Shown: piece by piece, positions 9,161 to 19,296 of the stretch
How positions within the stretch are numbered: the first letter of the stretch is position 1
Layout: every line of letters starts with the position of its first letter
Position numbers and translations under genes: made by a program
Source: a virus
Taxonomy: Duplodnaviria; Caudoviricetes
Strand: one strand, 5' to 3'
DNA length: 57,049 nt
IMG/VR virus record: IMGVR_UViG_3300034120_001490
Span: 1-57,049 of that record
Notes under the pieces: generated by a model
Databases searched by the model: none
What the model was told of the DNA's origin: nothing
The model's input: the letters and a program-made list of their open reading frames with translations, nothing else

Positions 9161-11595
9161 TGCGGTACGGCGAAGACAACTACGAGAACAACTTCCTCGA
9201 CGACTTCTCCGGCTACGGCGGCTACGGCGGCTACGGCGGCTACGGCGGCCTGCCACCGGTCACGACGTACACGCCACCGGTCGCGACGTACACGCCGCCT
9301 GCCGCAACGTACACGGCTCCGATGGGCGGTCTTACGGCTGCGCCCTACAGCCCCCCGGAGTTAACGCCTGAGTTCCTCGCCGAATTGCAAGCATCCGCCG
9401 CCCTGATGAAGCAGAAGATAGAGGCGGCGTCTGACCCCAACCGCAACGCCGCCTTCGACAAGTATGTTGCCGATCAGGCCGCGAAGGGCGTTGAGGTCGC
9501 CTCGACCTATACTGGCGGCGGTGGCCCGCTTGGCAGTGGCGGCGTACTCGGCGTAACTGATTTCGCTCCGGCTTTTGATCCCGCGAACCCGGCAGGCACC
9601 ACGGGGCAGGTCGTTCGCTTTGATCCGGGGCGAATGAACGCGCCGGTCGTTTTCCAGCCCGGCCAACAGTATGTGCTGACCGATGCCTCCGGCGAGAATG
9701 TCGTGGGCCGCGCCTCTTCGGTTGAGGAACTACAGAAGCTCGCCGCCGCGCAGGGGAACATGCCCTACGGTTTCCAGTTGTATCAGGCCGATCAGCAAGG
9801 GAACTACAAACCCGGCACGCAACTTTTCGGTGAGACAGATCCGCGTACTAAAGGACTTATGGGGGCTATTGTAAATTACGGATTACCAATTGTAGCAGGT
9901 ATTGCTACTGCAGGAGCCAGTTTTCTACCTGCATTAGCGGCCTCTGCCGCCGCGTCAGGTGCCTCCAAATTAATGACAGGATACACACCAGAAGACGCAG
10001 CAAAAGCCGCAGCGATTGCGGCTGCTACAAGAGGCGTGCTAAAAGGCACTGGCCTTGAAGACAGCATTGGTGGTCTATTATCAGCAAAAGGCTCTGTTGT
10101 AGGCAACGCCGTGAACCCCGGTTTCTACGTTCCCGGAACCGTTATTCCAAAATTTGTGGCCCCCACGCTTTCCGGTCTGGGCAGCACGGTTGGTACTCTT
10201 GCGGCCGCACCTGTGGCGGGCGAAATTCTTGTTCAAGGCGCGCGCAACGCCGTCAGTCCTGCGCTGGCTTCCGCAATCACCGGCGGTTTGACCAGTCTCG
10301 CCCCCGCTGTATTCGACCCTAGCAGCATCCCGCAGTTTCAATCTCCCGACGTGAGCAACGCGGAAACCTCGCAGCAAGAAGCAGAAGCGTTGGCTGAGGC
10401 GGATCGCATTAAACGCTTTGAAGCTGAAGCAGCCGCTGCTGCTGCTGCCGCTGCTGCTGCCGCTGCCAACACTGGTGCGCTTCCTGCTACGACAGCAACT
10501 ACCGCTGAGCCAGAAGCGTTGGCTGAGGCGGATCGCATTAAACGCTTTGAAGCTGAAGCAGCCGCTGCTGCTGCTGCCGCTGCTGCTGCCGCTGCCAACA
10601 CTGGTGCGCTTCCTGCTACGACAGCAACTACCGCTGAGCCAGAAGCGTTGGCTGAGGCGGATCGTATTAAACGGTTTGAAGCTGAAGCAGCCGCTGCGGC
10701 CGCTGCTGCTGCTGCTGCTGCCGCTGCCGGAGGAGCTGGGAGCGATACCAGCAATACCAGCACCGACAAGAAGGACGGCGTACTGTCCAAGATCAACCCG
10801 GTGCGTGCGGGCCTATCGGCGTTGGCCGGCCTCGTGTCCTTGCTGGCTGGCGGCGGCGGCGGGGGCGGCAGGGGTGTAGCCACGGGCAACGCCGGTGCCG
10901 GCACGCGCGCCTCGCTCGATCCGATCTTCAGCGCGAAGCTGCCGGCGGCCAGCCCCCAGTACTCGGGCATGTCCCTCGCGCCCCGCGACATGCGCGGCGT
11001 GGACTTCGCGCGCTACGGCTACGGCCCCGGCGCGTCGTTCTTCGAGAACGTGCCGCGCAACCCGGAAGAATACAAGGCGGCTCTGGCCGCCAACACCCGC
11101 CCCGCGCGGCCTTCAGGCGCGCTGAACCTGCCGCCGATGCCAATGCCCCAAATGGAGGCTGGCACTACCGCAGACCCCACTGCCGCCGCCACCAGCCTCA
11201 TCCGCACGTACATCCCGTCCGCCACGGACGCGGAGATCACGGATTTCTTGGCGACCGAGGAGGGCCTCCAGTTCCTCGCCAATTTCGGCGTGCCCGTTCG
11301 CCGCGCACGCGGCGGTTCCATGCGCGGCACCGGCACCTCGCGCGGCAGTTACGCCGTCAAGGGAGCCGGCACCGGCCGCAGCGACGAAATCCCCGCGCTG
11401 CTGAGCGACGGGGAGTATGTCATGGACGCCGAGACGGTCGCCATGCTGGGCGACGGTTCCAGCGAGGCGGGCGCAAAGCGCCTCGATGACTTCCGCATCA
11501 ACGTCCGCAAACACAAGGGCCGCAACTTGGCCAAGGGCAAGTTTAGTGCTAATGCTAAACGGCCCGAAAAATACCTCGCTGGAGGCCGCGCATAA
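9160..11595 (+). CDS. Putative internal/ejection protein with low-complexity repeats
   Basis: C-terminal G.GTGRSD.IPA.LSDGEYV.DAETV..LG.GS..AGA..L motif; GYG, PPVxTYT and 43-aa repeats. Confidence 0.75.
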   Translation: MRYGEDNYENNFLDDFSGYGGYGGYGGYGGLPPVTTYTPPVATYTPPAATYTAPMGGLTAAPYSPPELTPEFLAELQASAALMKQKIEAASDPNRNAAFDKYVADQAAKGVEVASTYTGGGGPLGSGGVLGVTDFAPAFDPANPAGTTGQVVRFDPGRMNAPVVFQPGQQYVLTDASGENVVGRASSVEELQKLAAAQGNMPYGFQLYQADQQGNYKPGTQLFGETDPRTKGLMGAIVNYGLPIVAGIATAGASFLPALAASAAASGASKLMTGYTPEDAAKAAAIAAATRGVLKGTGLEDSIGGLLSAKGSVVGNAVNPGFYVPGTVIPKFVAPTLSGLGSTVGTLAAAPVAGEILVQGARNAVSPALASAITGGLTSLAPAVFDPSSIPQFQSPDVSNAETSQQEAEALAEADRIKRFEAEAAAAAAAAAAAAANTGALPATTATTAEPEALAEADRIKRFEAEAAAAAAAAAAAAANTGALPATTATTAEPEALAEADRIKRFEAEAAAAAAAAAAAAAAGGAGSDTSNTSTDKKDGVLSKINPVRAGLSALAGLVSLLAGGGGGGGRGVATGNAGAGTRASLDPIFSAKLPAASPQYSGMSLAPRDMRGVDFARYGYGPGASFFENVPRNPEEYKAALAANTRPARPSGALNLPPMPMPQMEAGTTADPTAAATSLIRTYIPSATDAEITDFLATEEGLQFLANFGVPVRRARGGSMRGTGTSRGSYAVKGAGTGRSDEIPALLSDGEYVMDAETVAMLGDGSSEAGAKRLDDFRINVRKHKGRNLAKGKFSANAKRPEKYLAGGRA
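10382..10728 (+). repeat. 129-bp tandem repeat, about 2.7 copies, each with a GCT/GCC poly-Ala tract
   Basis: cagaagcgttggctgaggcggatcg at 10382, 10511 and 10640. Confidence 0.95.
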
Positions 11596-12467
11596 TGTCC
11601 GCTGAAACTTTTATCTCTGACGGTCGGCCGGCCAACGCCAACCCATACGCCTCGACCGAACAGACGGTGCTGCCGGACTATTACACGGACGCGGCGATGC
11701 AGACCCTCGCCAACCAGACGGCGGTGTCTGCGCGGCCGACGCCCATCTATCCGGGGCCGCGCATCGCCGACTTCACGGCCCTGCAGAACATGGCCTTCGA
11801 GCAGACGCCGGGCGCGGCGAATGCCTACCAGCCGTACTTGGCGCAGGCCGGCCGCAACACCGCCGACGTGACGCAGCAGTTCATGAACCCCTACACCAGT
11901 CAGGTCGTTGACCGGATTGGTCAGATGGGCACGCGCGCCCTCAACGAGCAAATCCTGCCCGGCATCGAAAGCTCGATGATCCGCGCCGGCCAGTTCGGCG
12001 GCACGCGGCAGGCCGAGCTGATGGGTCGCGCCGTGCGCGAGGCCACCGAGGGCATCTCGGCGCAGCAATCGCAGGCGCTGGAGCGTGGCTACGCGCAGTC
12101 GCTGGGCGCGGCCCAGCAGGAGCAAACGCGGCAGGGCGGGTTGGCCTCGCTGGCGCAGCAGCTCGGCCTGCGGGGCGTGGACGCACTGCAGACGGCGGGC
12201 GGCCTGCAGCAGGGCCAGACGCAGCGCAACCTTGACCTCGCCTTGTCCGACTTCGAGCGGCAGTTTGCTGCGCCGCAACAGAACATCGATGCCATGATCA
12301 AGACGATGCAGGGTCTCTCGGGGGCGATGCCGAAGGGCGTCCTGAAGCAGGGTTACGGCACGGAGCCCACGGACGTTCCGGCGTCGGGGCTGGAGACGGC
12401 CGGGGCAACCGCCCTCACCTTCCTCGCTTTGATGAGAGAGCTTGGTCTTTTCCCCACAAAACCCTGA
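11595..12467 (+). CDS. Putative ejection (DNA pilot) protein
   Basis: Q/A/G-rich; FMNPY...V, AGQFGGTRQ, G..QQ...Q..LD motifs typical of podophage ejection proteins. Confidence 0.7.
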   Translation: MSAETFISDGRPANANPYASTEQTVLPDYYTDAAMQTLANQTAVSARPTPIYPGPRIADFTALQNMAFEQTPGAANAYQPYLAQAGRNTADVTQQFMNPYTSQVVDRIGQMGTRALNEQILPGIESSMIRAGQFGGTRQAELMGRAVREATEGISAQQSQALERGYAQSLGAAQQEQTRQGGLASLAQQLGLRGVDALQTAGGLQQGQTQRNLDLALSDFERQFAAPQQNIDAMIKTMQGLSGAMPKGVLKQGYGTEPTDVPASGLETAGATALTFLALMRELGLFPTKP

Positions 12468-12480
12468 CGGAATTGGTCAC

Positions 12481-13122
12481 ATGGAAGACGAAGAAGACTT
12501 CACCAGCCCGCTCGACTTCGCCACCAGCCTCTCGGGGATGGCGCGGCAGGCGGACGTGGATGTTAAAACGCAGATCCAGAAGTATCGCGAAATGGTCGAG
12601 GCGGGCACGAGGCGCATGCGCGAGCAGCGCATCGGCCCGTCCAGTACCGAGCGTTTGCTCGCCCTCGCACAGGCCCTAGGCAAGCCCACGCGCACCGGCA
12701 AGTTCGGTGAGCGCATAGGCTTGATCGCCGGCACCCTCGGCGGCCAAGAGAGCGCCCGGCGCGAGGCGGAGCTGGCCCGCGCAGACACGCTGGAGAAGCT
12801 CGGCCTGAAGAGCGCGGAGTTCGATGTGGAAGCCGCGCAGACGCGTGCGAACAGGCTATCGACTTTGGCGGCGCGGCAGTTGGCGGCGGAGCAAGCAGCG
12901 GCTGCCAGAGGCGGCGTCGGCGTGGTTGTCGGGGCGGACTTCATCCCCCGCAATAAACGCACCGGCGCAATCATCAAGGAAGCGCCGGCTAACGTAGTGT
13001 ACACGCTGCAGGACTATATAAACGACCCGGAACAGACGCCCGAAGACAAGCGCGCTGCCTTGCGTAACTTCGACGGCACGTACGGCTTCGGTGCAGCTCA
13101 AATGTATCTCGGAGGTAAGTGA
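12481..13122 (+). CDS. Putative ejection protein
   Basis: ATG 12481; helical, Ala-rich; position in the operon. Confidence 0.65.
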   Translation: MEDEEDFTSPLDFATSLSGMARQADVDVKTQIQKYREMVEAGTRRMREQRIGPSSTERLLALAQALGKPTRTGKFGERIGLIAGTLGGQESARREAELARADTLEKLGLKSAEFDVEAAQTRANRLSTLAARQLAAEQAAAARGGVGVVVGADFIPRNKRTGAIIKEAPANVVYTLQDYINDPEQTPEDKRAALRNFDGTYGFGAAQMYLGGK

Positions 13123-13850
13123 TGCCCCGTCGTCCGCCACCCACCTTTGGCAACGCGCCTCAGACCGAAAGCCGTTCCGCGCAGCTCAGACAAGATCTCA
13201 GCGCTGCTGATCTGGCTGCCAAGTACGCCGCGATGGATGCCGACCGTCGTCGCCTCGCCATGGATCAAGCGCGCCTCGATCTGCAGCTTAAAGCGCCGCT
13301 GCCCGAGGCTCCCAAATCGAAGGCCCAGAAAGCCGCAGAAGCCGTAGCACTCGCAGAGGCCAACGTGTTGGGCGCGAAGTCGGCAGAACAGAGAATGGCG
13401 CTTCCGGGGTTGGAAACAACGGTTGCTGCGGCTTTCAAAGGCGCTAAAGACTTGTTGGCGCATCCCGGCTTCGAGGCGACTGTTGGCATGCCGAACCCGT
13501 TCAAGGGCGGCTTCGGCCCCCTCGGAACCGTGCGCGGCACCCCCGCCCGCGACTTCCAGACTTTGCTTAACACGTACACGTCTAAGCTCTTTCCGGCGGC
13601 GGTTGCCACCCTTCGCGGCACTGGCCCAATATCCAATGTTGAAGGTCAAAAAGCGTTGGAGTCGTTGGCCAATCTTCCGACTGATACAAGCGAGGCGGAG
13701 TTCAAGCGGCAGCTTCAAACTAGCGTGGACACTCTTGCCCGTGAGGTGGACGTTGCCCGCAAAAAGGCGAGCATGGGCGGCAGCCCTTTCACCTACGAAG
13801 AGTTGATGCGGGAGAAGCGTGCCCGTGACGCAAAGAAGGGGCAACGCTGA
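13119..13850 (+). CDS. Putative ejection protein
   Basis: Coupled ORF; LRGTGPISNVEG...L motif. Confidence 0.65.
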   Translation: MMPRRPPPTFGNAPQTESRSAQLRQDLSAADLAAKYAAMDADRRRLAMDQARLDLQLKAPLPEAPKSKAQKAAEAVALAEANVLGAKSAEQRMALPGLETTVAAAFKGAKDLLAHPGFEATVGMPNPFKGGFGPLGTVRGTPARDFQTLLNTYTSKLFPAAVATLRGTGPISNVEGQKALESLANLPTDTSEAEFKRQLQTSVDTLAREVDVARKKASMGGSPFTYEELMREKRARDAKKGQR

Positions 13851-16060
13851 TGGCTGAACCATTTCGCGTCAGCATCCCTCATCCGCGTAGCCGCGTCGAA
13901 GACCTCGATGATAAAGAACTCGACTATCTGCTCGCCGAGCGCACCAAGAGCGACAGCGAGTTGTCGCAACTATCCGACGAGGATTTGAACGCGCTGCTGA
14001 TGCCTTACGCGCGATCAGGTGCTGAAGAGCCCGAGATCGTGGTCACGGCACCGCGCATCGCGCAGCCTGCATTCGACCTCACAGCCGGCGAGATGCTGGC
14101 GGGCGGCGCGCGTGAGATGGCGGGCGGCGCTCTCTTTGAGTTTGCCGACGAGGCGGAGGCGGCTGCCCGCGCTCCCTTCTCCGACAAGAGCTATGACGAA
14201 ATCTTGCGCGAGATCCGCCAGAGCCGTGCGCGCTTCGCCGAGGCTGAGCCGGGTGCCGCGATCGCGCTGAACATGGCCGGCGGCATCGCGCCCATGCTCA
14301 TCCCCGGCGTGGGGCTGCTGGGCAAGACCGCGCAGGCTGCGACGGGCATCAGCAAGCTGGCGTCACCGCTGGCGCGTACTATGGCCACAGGCTCTCTGCA
14401 GGGCGGGATCTCGGGCATTGGTGCCGGAGAAGGCGCGGAAGAGCGCGCCACCATGGGCCTCGCAGGCGCTGGCCTTGGCGGCACACTGGGCGGCGCTATG
14501 TTCGGCGGCGGACGCGGCGCGCAGTTCCTGCGTGACGCCTATCGCGCTCGCGGCGGCGGCGACGAGGCCCGCGCGGCCGAGACGGCTGCCGACATCTTGG
14601 CCGGCCGCATCGAGGGGGCTCCGGCCGACCTGCGGACGCGCCTTGATCTGGAGCGTCGGTACGGCGTGCCCACTACGCTCGGCACCGCATCGCCGGAGCT
14701 GGCCACGCTGACTGAGACCGTCATGCGCGAGCCGTCGGCCTCTCGCGCCGCGCTCGCCACCAGTCTTGCCGAGCAGCAGGCCGGCGCACCGCGCCGCGTG
14801 CAGACGCAAATCGACATGGCCTTTCCGGGCACGCCGGACTACTTCGCCGCCGAAGAGCGCATCCTCGACACGCTGCGGCAGAACGCCAATGCCCGCTACG
14901 GTGCGGCCTATGCCGCCGCGCCGGAGGTGCGCGACCCGCTCATCTTGGGGGCGCTGAACAATCCCGCCATCCAGTCCGCCTATCAGGACGCCCTGCGTAT
15001 GTCTCGCGACGAGATGGCGGCGGCGGCACTGCGCGGCGAAGACCCGGCGCAGTACGCCATGAAGGAGTTCATGGAGCCCATACTGGACGCAGAGGGCAGC
15101 CTCGTCGGCCTCAAGGCCAGCGGCAAGATGGTGCCTGACTTGCGCTCGCTGGACGCGGTCAAGCGCGCCTTGGACGCGCGCGTGAACGGCCTGTACGCCT
15201 CCGGGCAGGGCGGCGAGGCCACCGCGCTGAAGGAACTGCGGAACGCCTTCGTTGACCGCCTCGATAAGGTCGGGCCGGCGGAGTATCGGGCTGCCCGCGC
15301 CCAGTACAAGGGCGACATCGAAATCAAGGAGGCGCTGGAGGCCGGGCGCGCGGCCAACAAACTGCGCTGGCAGGAAGTCGGCAAGCTGGCGCGCGAGTAC
15401 TCGCCGGGTGAGCTGCAGGCATTCAAGACCGGCCTCGTGCAGAACTTGATGAAGCGTTTTGAGGACACGTCGCGCAAGCGCAACTTCGCCGACGAGATCA
15501 TCAACACGCCGAACCTTCGCAAGTCGCTGCAGGCCGTCACCGATCCGGGCGAGTTTACCGTTCTGGACGCCGCGCTCAAGCGCGAGGCAGAGCTGTTCAA
15601 GGAAGGCAGCCGCGTCATGGGCGGCAGCCAGACCTTCGGGCGCGCGGCGGAGAAGCAGGCAATCGAGGAGCGCATCGCGCAGGGCGACGTTCCCGCTGCG
15701 GTTGACCTGATCCTCAATCCAACGCCGGGCAACATCTTCCGTCGCGTCATGCAGGTGACTTCCAACATGCGTAACGCCAACGTGTCGCGCGCGACGTTCA
15801 ATCAGCTCGCCAAGATGCTCAGCGCCGGCTCTCCGCAGGAAATCGATGAGGTGCTGACCGCCCTTGCGGCTGCAGCGCCCGTCCGCAAGGCGCGCGAGGA
15901 GGCGTTTGAGAGCGGCGCGACCCGTGCCGGCACGGCGGCCGCCCGTACGATCGCGCCATCGCCAGAAATGGAGAAGGAAGAGCTTGAAGATCCCGGCGAG
16001 CTTGTTATCCCCGACATCGACCTGAGCGGTCTGTCCACCATGCCCGGAGGCCCGCAGTAG
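13850..16060 (+). CDS. Large ejection protein with hydrophobic Gly/Ala segment
   Basis: 736 aa; F.FADE.EA then G/A-rich membrane-like helices and a helical C-terminus. Confidence 0.7.
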   Translation: MAEPFRVSIPHPRSRVEDLDDKELDYLLAERTKSDSELSQLSDEDLNALLMPYARSGAEEPEIVVTAPRIAQPAFDLTAGEMLAGGAREMAGGALFEFADEAEAAARAPFSDKSYDEILREIRQSRARFAEAEPGAAIALNMAGGIAPMLIPGVGLLGKTAQAATGISKLASPLARTMATGSLQGGISGIGAGEGAEERATMGLAGAGLGGTLGGAMFGGGRGAQFLRDAYRARGGGDEARAAETAADILAGRIEGAPADLRTRLDLERRYGVPTTLGTASPELATLTETVMREPSASRAALATSLAEQQAGAPRRVQTQIDMAFPGTPDYFAAEERILDTLRQNANARYGAAYAAAPEVRDPLILGALNNPAIQSAYQDALRMSRDEMAAAALRGEDPAQYAMKEFMEPILDAEGSLVGLKASGKMVPDLRSLDAVKRALDARVNGLYASGQGGEATALKELRNAFVDRLDKVGPAEYRAARAQYKGDIEIKEALEAGRAANKLRWQEVGKLAREYSPGELQAFKTGLVQNLMKRFEDTSRKRNFADEIINTPNLRKSLQAVTDPGEFTVLDAALKREAELFKEGSRVMGGSQTFGRAAEKQAIEERIAQGDVPAAVDLILNPTPGNIFRRVMQVTSNMRNANVSRATFNQLAKMLSAGSPQEIDEVLTALAAAAPVRKAREEAFESGATRAGTAAARTIAPSPEMEKEELEDPGELVIPDIDLSGLSTMPGGPQ

Positions 16061-17493
16061 TGCGCTCCACCGACTTCCCCTTCGCCGTGACGCCGCGCCG
16101 CGAGGGGCCAGACTACACTGCGCCTAGCGCCGATGTTGCCGATCTGCTCAATCCAACGGACATCATTGGCCGTGGCCGCCTTGAGGCGCGCGAAACATCG
16201 TGGCGTGATCAGCTCCGCGACAAATTGGCGGTGCGCGTTGGGCGCAGGAACGCCGACAAGCTGATTGACTTGGCCGACTTCACGCCCGTTGGTGCCGCGT
16301 TCGTCGGCAACGAGGCAGCGCTGGCTGCCCGCGAAGGGCGTCGTGGAGCGGCTGCGGCCAATGTGGCCCTTGCCGCACTGCCGTTGCCCGGCGCAGGCAA
16401 GGCACTGAAGAAGGTGGCGAAGGCACCGCTGGCCGTCAAGCCGCAAGGCATAGTCGCCTATCACGGCAGCCCGCACCGCTTTGACCGCTTCGACATGAGC
16501 AAGATCGGAACAGGAGAAGGCGCGCAAGCGTATGGCCACGGGCTGTATTTCGCGGAGAGGGAAGCGGTGGCGAAGGCATACCGTGACGCACTCGCGGAAA
16601 TGCGCGTTGGCTTTAAGGTTAACGGCAAACGCATAACGCCCGGCGCAGGCGATCTGACGCCTGAAGAAGAGGCGGCTCGCTTCGTAATTGGTATGAGCGG
16701 TTTTGACAATCCGCAGAGCCGAGGCGCTGGCACGACGCTGTCGGCCCCCAAAGCTGTTCGTGAAGCGTTTCTCTCGGTGCCTTACAACCGATTTGAAAAC
16801 GACAAGGACAAGATTGCGCGCATATTGGCTGAGTGGCGTGCCAGCAAGGTCGCCTTCGACAAGGCGAGCAAAGGCTCCATGTATCAAGTCCGCATTGACG
16901 CCGATCCGGCTGATTTTCTGGACTACGATGCGCCGTTGAGCGGGCAGAGCGAGAAGGTGCGTGGAGCGTTGGATACTTTCCAACTAATTACACAACCGCG
17001 CGAGGGCTTATCGCTTTTCCCCGGAACAAAATTGCGAATTGAGCAAGACCCTGATTTACCGGAGTTTTCAAAATACTTCATGGAAACGGAAAACGGCACT
17101 CGCACGCGCCTGTTGCCCGGAGATTTGAAAAACATGATTGCACAGAACCTTGATGAAGTAACTGGCAAAAACGTAGTGTCTACTGTAGCCAACCAGTTTG
17201 GGGGGCAAGATGCCGCAACCCGCGCACTGCGTGAAGCCGGCATCCCCGGCATCAAATACCTTGACCAAGGCAGCCGTGGCGCTGGCGACGGCACACGCAA
17301 TTACGTCGTGTTCGATGACAAGCTGGTCTCCATCCTCAAGCGTTACGGCTGGGCTCCGGGCATGGCTATCCCCGCCGCAGCGATGGAAGAGTATGAAGCC
17401 GAGCAAGAATTCGCCCGTGGTGGTCTCGCCGTGACGCCCGACAACTACAACGAAAAAGTGCGCCTGCTGCGCGAATACGGGATGCTTGACTGA
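16060..17493 (+). CDS. Putative virion-delivered effector 1: shared N-terminal module plus ADP-ribosyltransferase-like (ART-PolyVal-like) domain
   Basis: AYHGSPHRFDRFD..KIGTGEG.QAYG.GLYFA ... G.MY.V.I ... GIPGIKYLD ... NYVVFDD motifs. Confidence 0.7.
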   Translation: MRSTDFPFAVTPRREGPDYTAPSADVADLLNPTDIIGRGRLEARETSWRDQLRDKLAVRVGRRNADKLIDLADFTPVGAAFVGNEAALAAREGRRGAAAANVALAALPLPGAGKALKKVAKAPLAVKPQGIVAYHGSPHRFDRFDMSKIGTGEGAQAYGHGLYFAEREAVAKAYRDALAEMRVGFKVNGKRITPGAGDLTPEEEAARFVIGMSGFDNPQSRGAGTTLSAPKAVREAFLSVPYNRFENDKDKIARILAEWRASKVAFDKASKGSMYQVRIDADPADFLDYDAPLSGQSEKVRGALDTFQLITQPREGLSLFPGTKLRIEQDPDLPEFSKYFMETENGTRTRLLPGDLKNMIAQNLDEVTGKNVVSTVANQFGGQDAATRALREAGIPGIKYLDQGSRGAGDGTRNYVVFDDKLVSILKRYGWAPGMAIPAAAMEEYEAEQEFARGGLAVTPDNYNEKVRLLREYGMLD

Positions 17494-19133
17494 TGCGCTC
17501 CACCGATTTCCCCTTCGCCGTGATGCCGCAGCGTCTGCAGCGCGGCGGCGAGTTCAGTGTGGACTACAGCGCGCCTAGTGCCGATGTCGCCGATCTGCTC
17601 GATCCAACGGACATCGTCGGCCGTGGTCGCCTTGAAAGCCGCGATACGTCGTGGCGTGATCGGCTCAAGGACAAACTGGCGGTGCGCTTCGGGCGCAGGA
17701 ACGCCGAGCAGATGATGCAGGTGCTTGACTTCACGCCCGCCGGTGCCGCGTTCGTCGGCAACGAGGCGGCTCTCGCCGCTCGTGAGGGTAAGCGCGGCGA
17801 GGCGGCTGCCAACGTGGCGCTCGCCGCGCTGCCAATTCCCGGCGCGGGTAAGGCTGCGAAGAAGGTGGCGAAGGCCGCTGCTCCGGCGAAGAAAGTAGCA
17901 GCACAAGCCACCTCCTCGGCGTACTCAACGCCGCGCCAAGTTATCGCCAAAGAGTTCGGTCGCGACATCGCGCAGCGCCTCGACGGTATCGTGCCGGCAG
18001 ATGCGCCGATCACGGAATGGCGCGCAGCCGCAGAAAACTTGAGCAGCCCAGACGTAGCTATGTCGAACCGGCGCTTCACGCCGGAGTTCAAGCGGCCCGG
18101 CGAGAAACCGTTGGCGACGCAGATGGGTGAGCAGGGTCTGCCGGTGCGCGGCATGGACTTGGTGGAGGCGCAACACCCCAGCCCCTTCGGCGTTTTCTCC
18201 AAATACAAAACGCCGAAAGACCCCCTCGACACCGAGGTCGTCGCGGAACCCTACGCGGTCATGCCGACTGATAGGCGGTTTGACCCCCGCCGGCTGGAAG
18301 GCGCGCGGGTCGTGTCACTGCTCGCAGACAAGTCGCGCGCCGGTGACCGGCTTCGCAGTATAGATGGCTCGCCCGTGGACGTTTACACCCAAGGCGGCCC
18401 GATGCATGCCGCGCTGCAGGAGGCGCTTGGGGGTAGCTCTGCTTTTGCCAACACGGGAGGGGGGCTTACCTCGCTCCGCAAACAGATAGCTGCAGGACTG
18501 GAAGAAGGGCGGCCGGTATTTGGTGTCACAACTACCATGGGGCCATCGTCACTGAACCAGACTGTCGATATGGTAGATATCTTGCACCAGATGGCGCAGA
18601 CGAGCCCTATCAGCAAAAGCGATCTGGCAGACTTCAACGAAAAAGCTCGATCTCTGCTCCCCGGTTACGCCGGCCTGCTTGACGAAGATGCTGTGCGACA
18701 GCTTCAAGGGGCGACGCAGGGCCAACGAAAGGCCTTCGTCAAACTTATGGATAACGCAGATGCCCTAGCGCGCGGGTTACCGAATGTGCCGGCGGCGCGT
18801 TTTGGGCTCACCGATCCCAATCTTGTTGACGTACCGTCTGGCGTTTCTGGTTACTCCTTTGTAGAACTGGGCCCTGAAAGCCTTCAAAAACTAGACAGCA
18901 GCATCAAGAATAGATCCTATCTCGAAGACTTGACAGGTAAGTTTGGGGGACGCGGGCCGCTTGTTCCGTTCAGCACTATGTTCAGTGACTTCATTAAAGA
19001 ACGCAGGGAAGCGGGCTTGCCCGCAGGCTCTGATCTCAGGTCACTTGAGTTTCAGAAGCCGATCCAAGACATGACCCCCGAGGCCTACGATCGGCTCATG
19101 CGCTATCTGTCCAAGATCGATGACCCTTATTGA
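17493..19133 (+). CDS. Putative virion-delivered effector 2: same N-terminal module plus unrelated C-terminal domain
   Basis: First about 125 aa nearly identical to 16060..17493; remainder unrecognised. Confidence 0.75.
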   Translation: MRSTDFPFAVMPQRLQRGGEFSVDYSAPSADVADLLDPTDIVGRGRLESRDTSWRDRLKDKLAVRFGRRNAEQMMQVLDFTPAGAAFVGNEAALAAREGKRGEAAANVALAALPIPGAGKAAKKVAKAAAPAKKVAAQATSSAYSTPRQVIAKEFGRDIAQRLDGIVPADAPITEWRAAAENLSSPDVAMSNRRFTPEFKRPGEKPLATQMGEQGLPVRGMDLVEAQHPSPFGVFSKYKTPKDPLDTEVVAEPYAVMPTDRRFDPRRLEGARVVSLLADKSRAGDRLRSIDGSPVDVYTQGGPMHAALQEALGGSSAFANTGGGLTSLRKQIAAGLEEGRPVFGVTTTMGPSSLNQTVDMVDILHQMAQTSPISKSDLADFNEKARSLLPGYAGLLDEDAVRQLQGATQGQRKAFVKLMDNADALARGLPNVPAARFGLTDPNLVDVPSGVSGYSFVELGPESLQKLDSSIKNRSYLEDLTGKFGGRGPLVPFSTMFSDFIKERREAGLPAGSDLRSLEFQKPIQDMTPEAYDRLMRYLSKIDDPY

Positions 19134-19296
19134 GGATCGTCTCTATCTCCCACGCCAACACTTTCAGCAACGCCAGCGCTCCCGCCGCATCCCCGTTAGT
19201 GGCGGCGGCAATGGCATCGTTAGCCAGCTCATACGCATTTTCCTGCGCCTCCTCGATACCCGCCTGATTAACCTCTTGATTTTCTTCGTTCATCAC
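19096..19296 (-). CDS. Hypothetical protein
   Basis: Coupled to the upstream - strand gene; acidic and helical. Confidence 0.55.
   Translation of the reverse strand: MMNEENQEVNQAGIEEAQENAYELANDAIAAATNGDAAGALALLKVLAWEIETILNKGHRSWTDSA

Noticed and set aside
16060-17876. Duplicated segments as DGR template/variable repeats
   Set aside because: No reverse transcriptase was found; differences are not adenine-specific, and both copies are N-terminal coding sequence.
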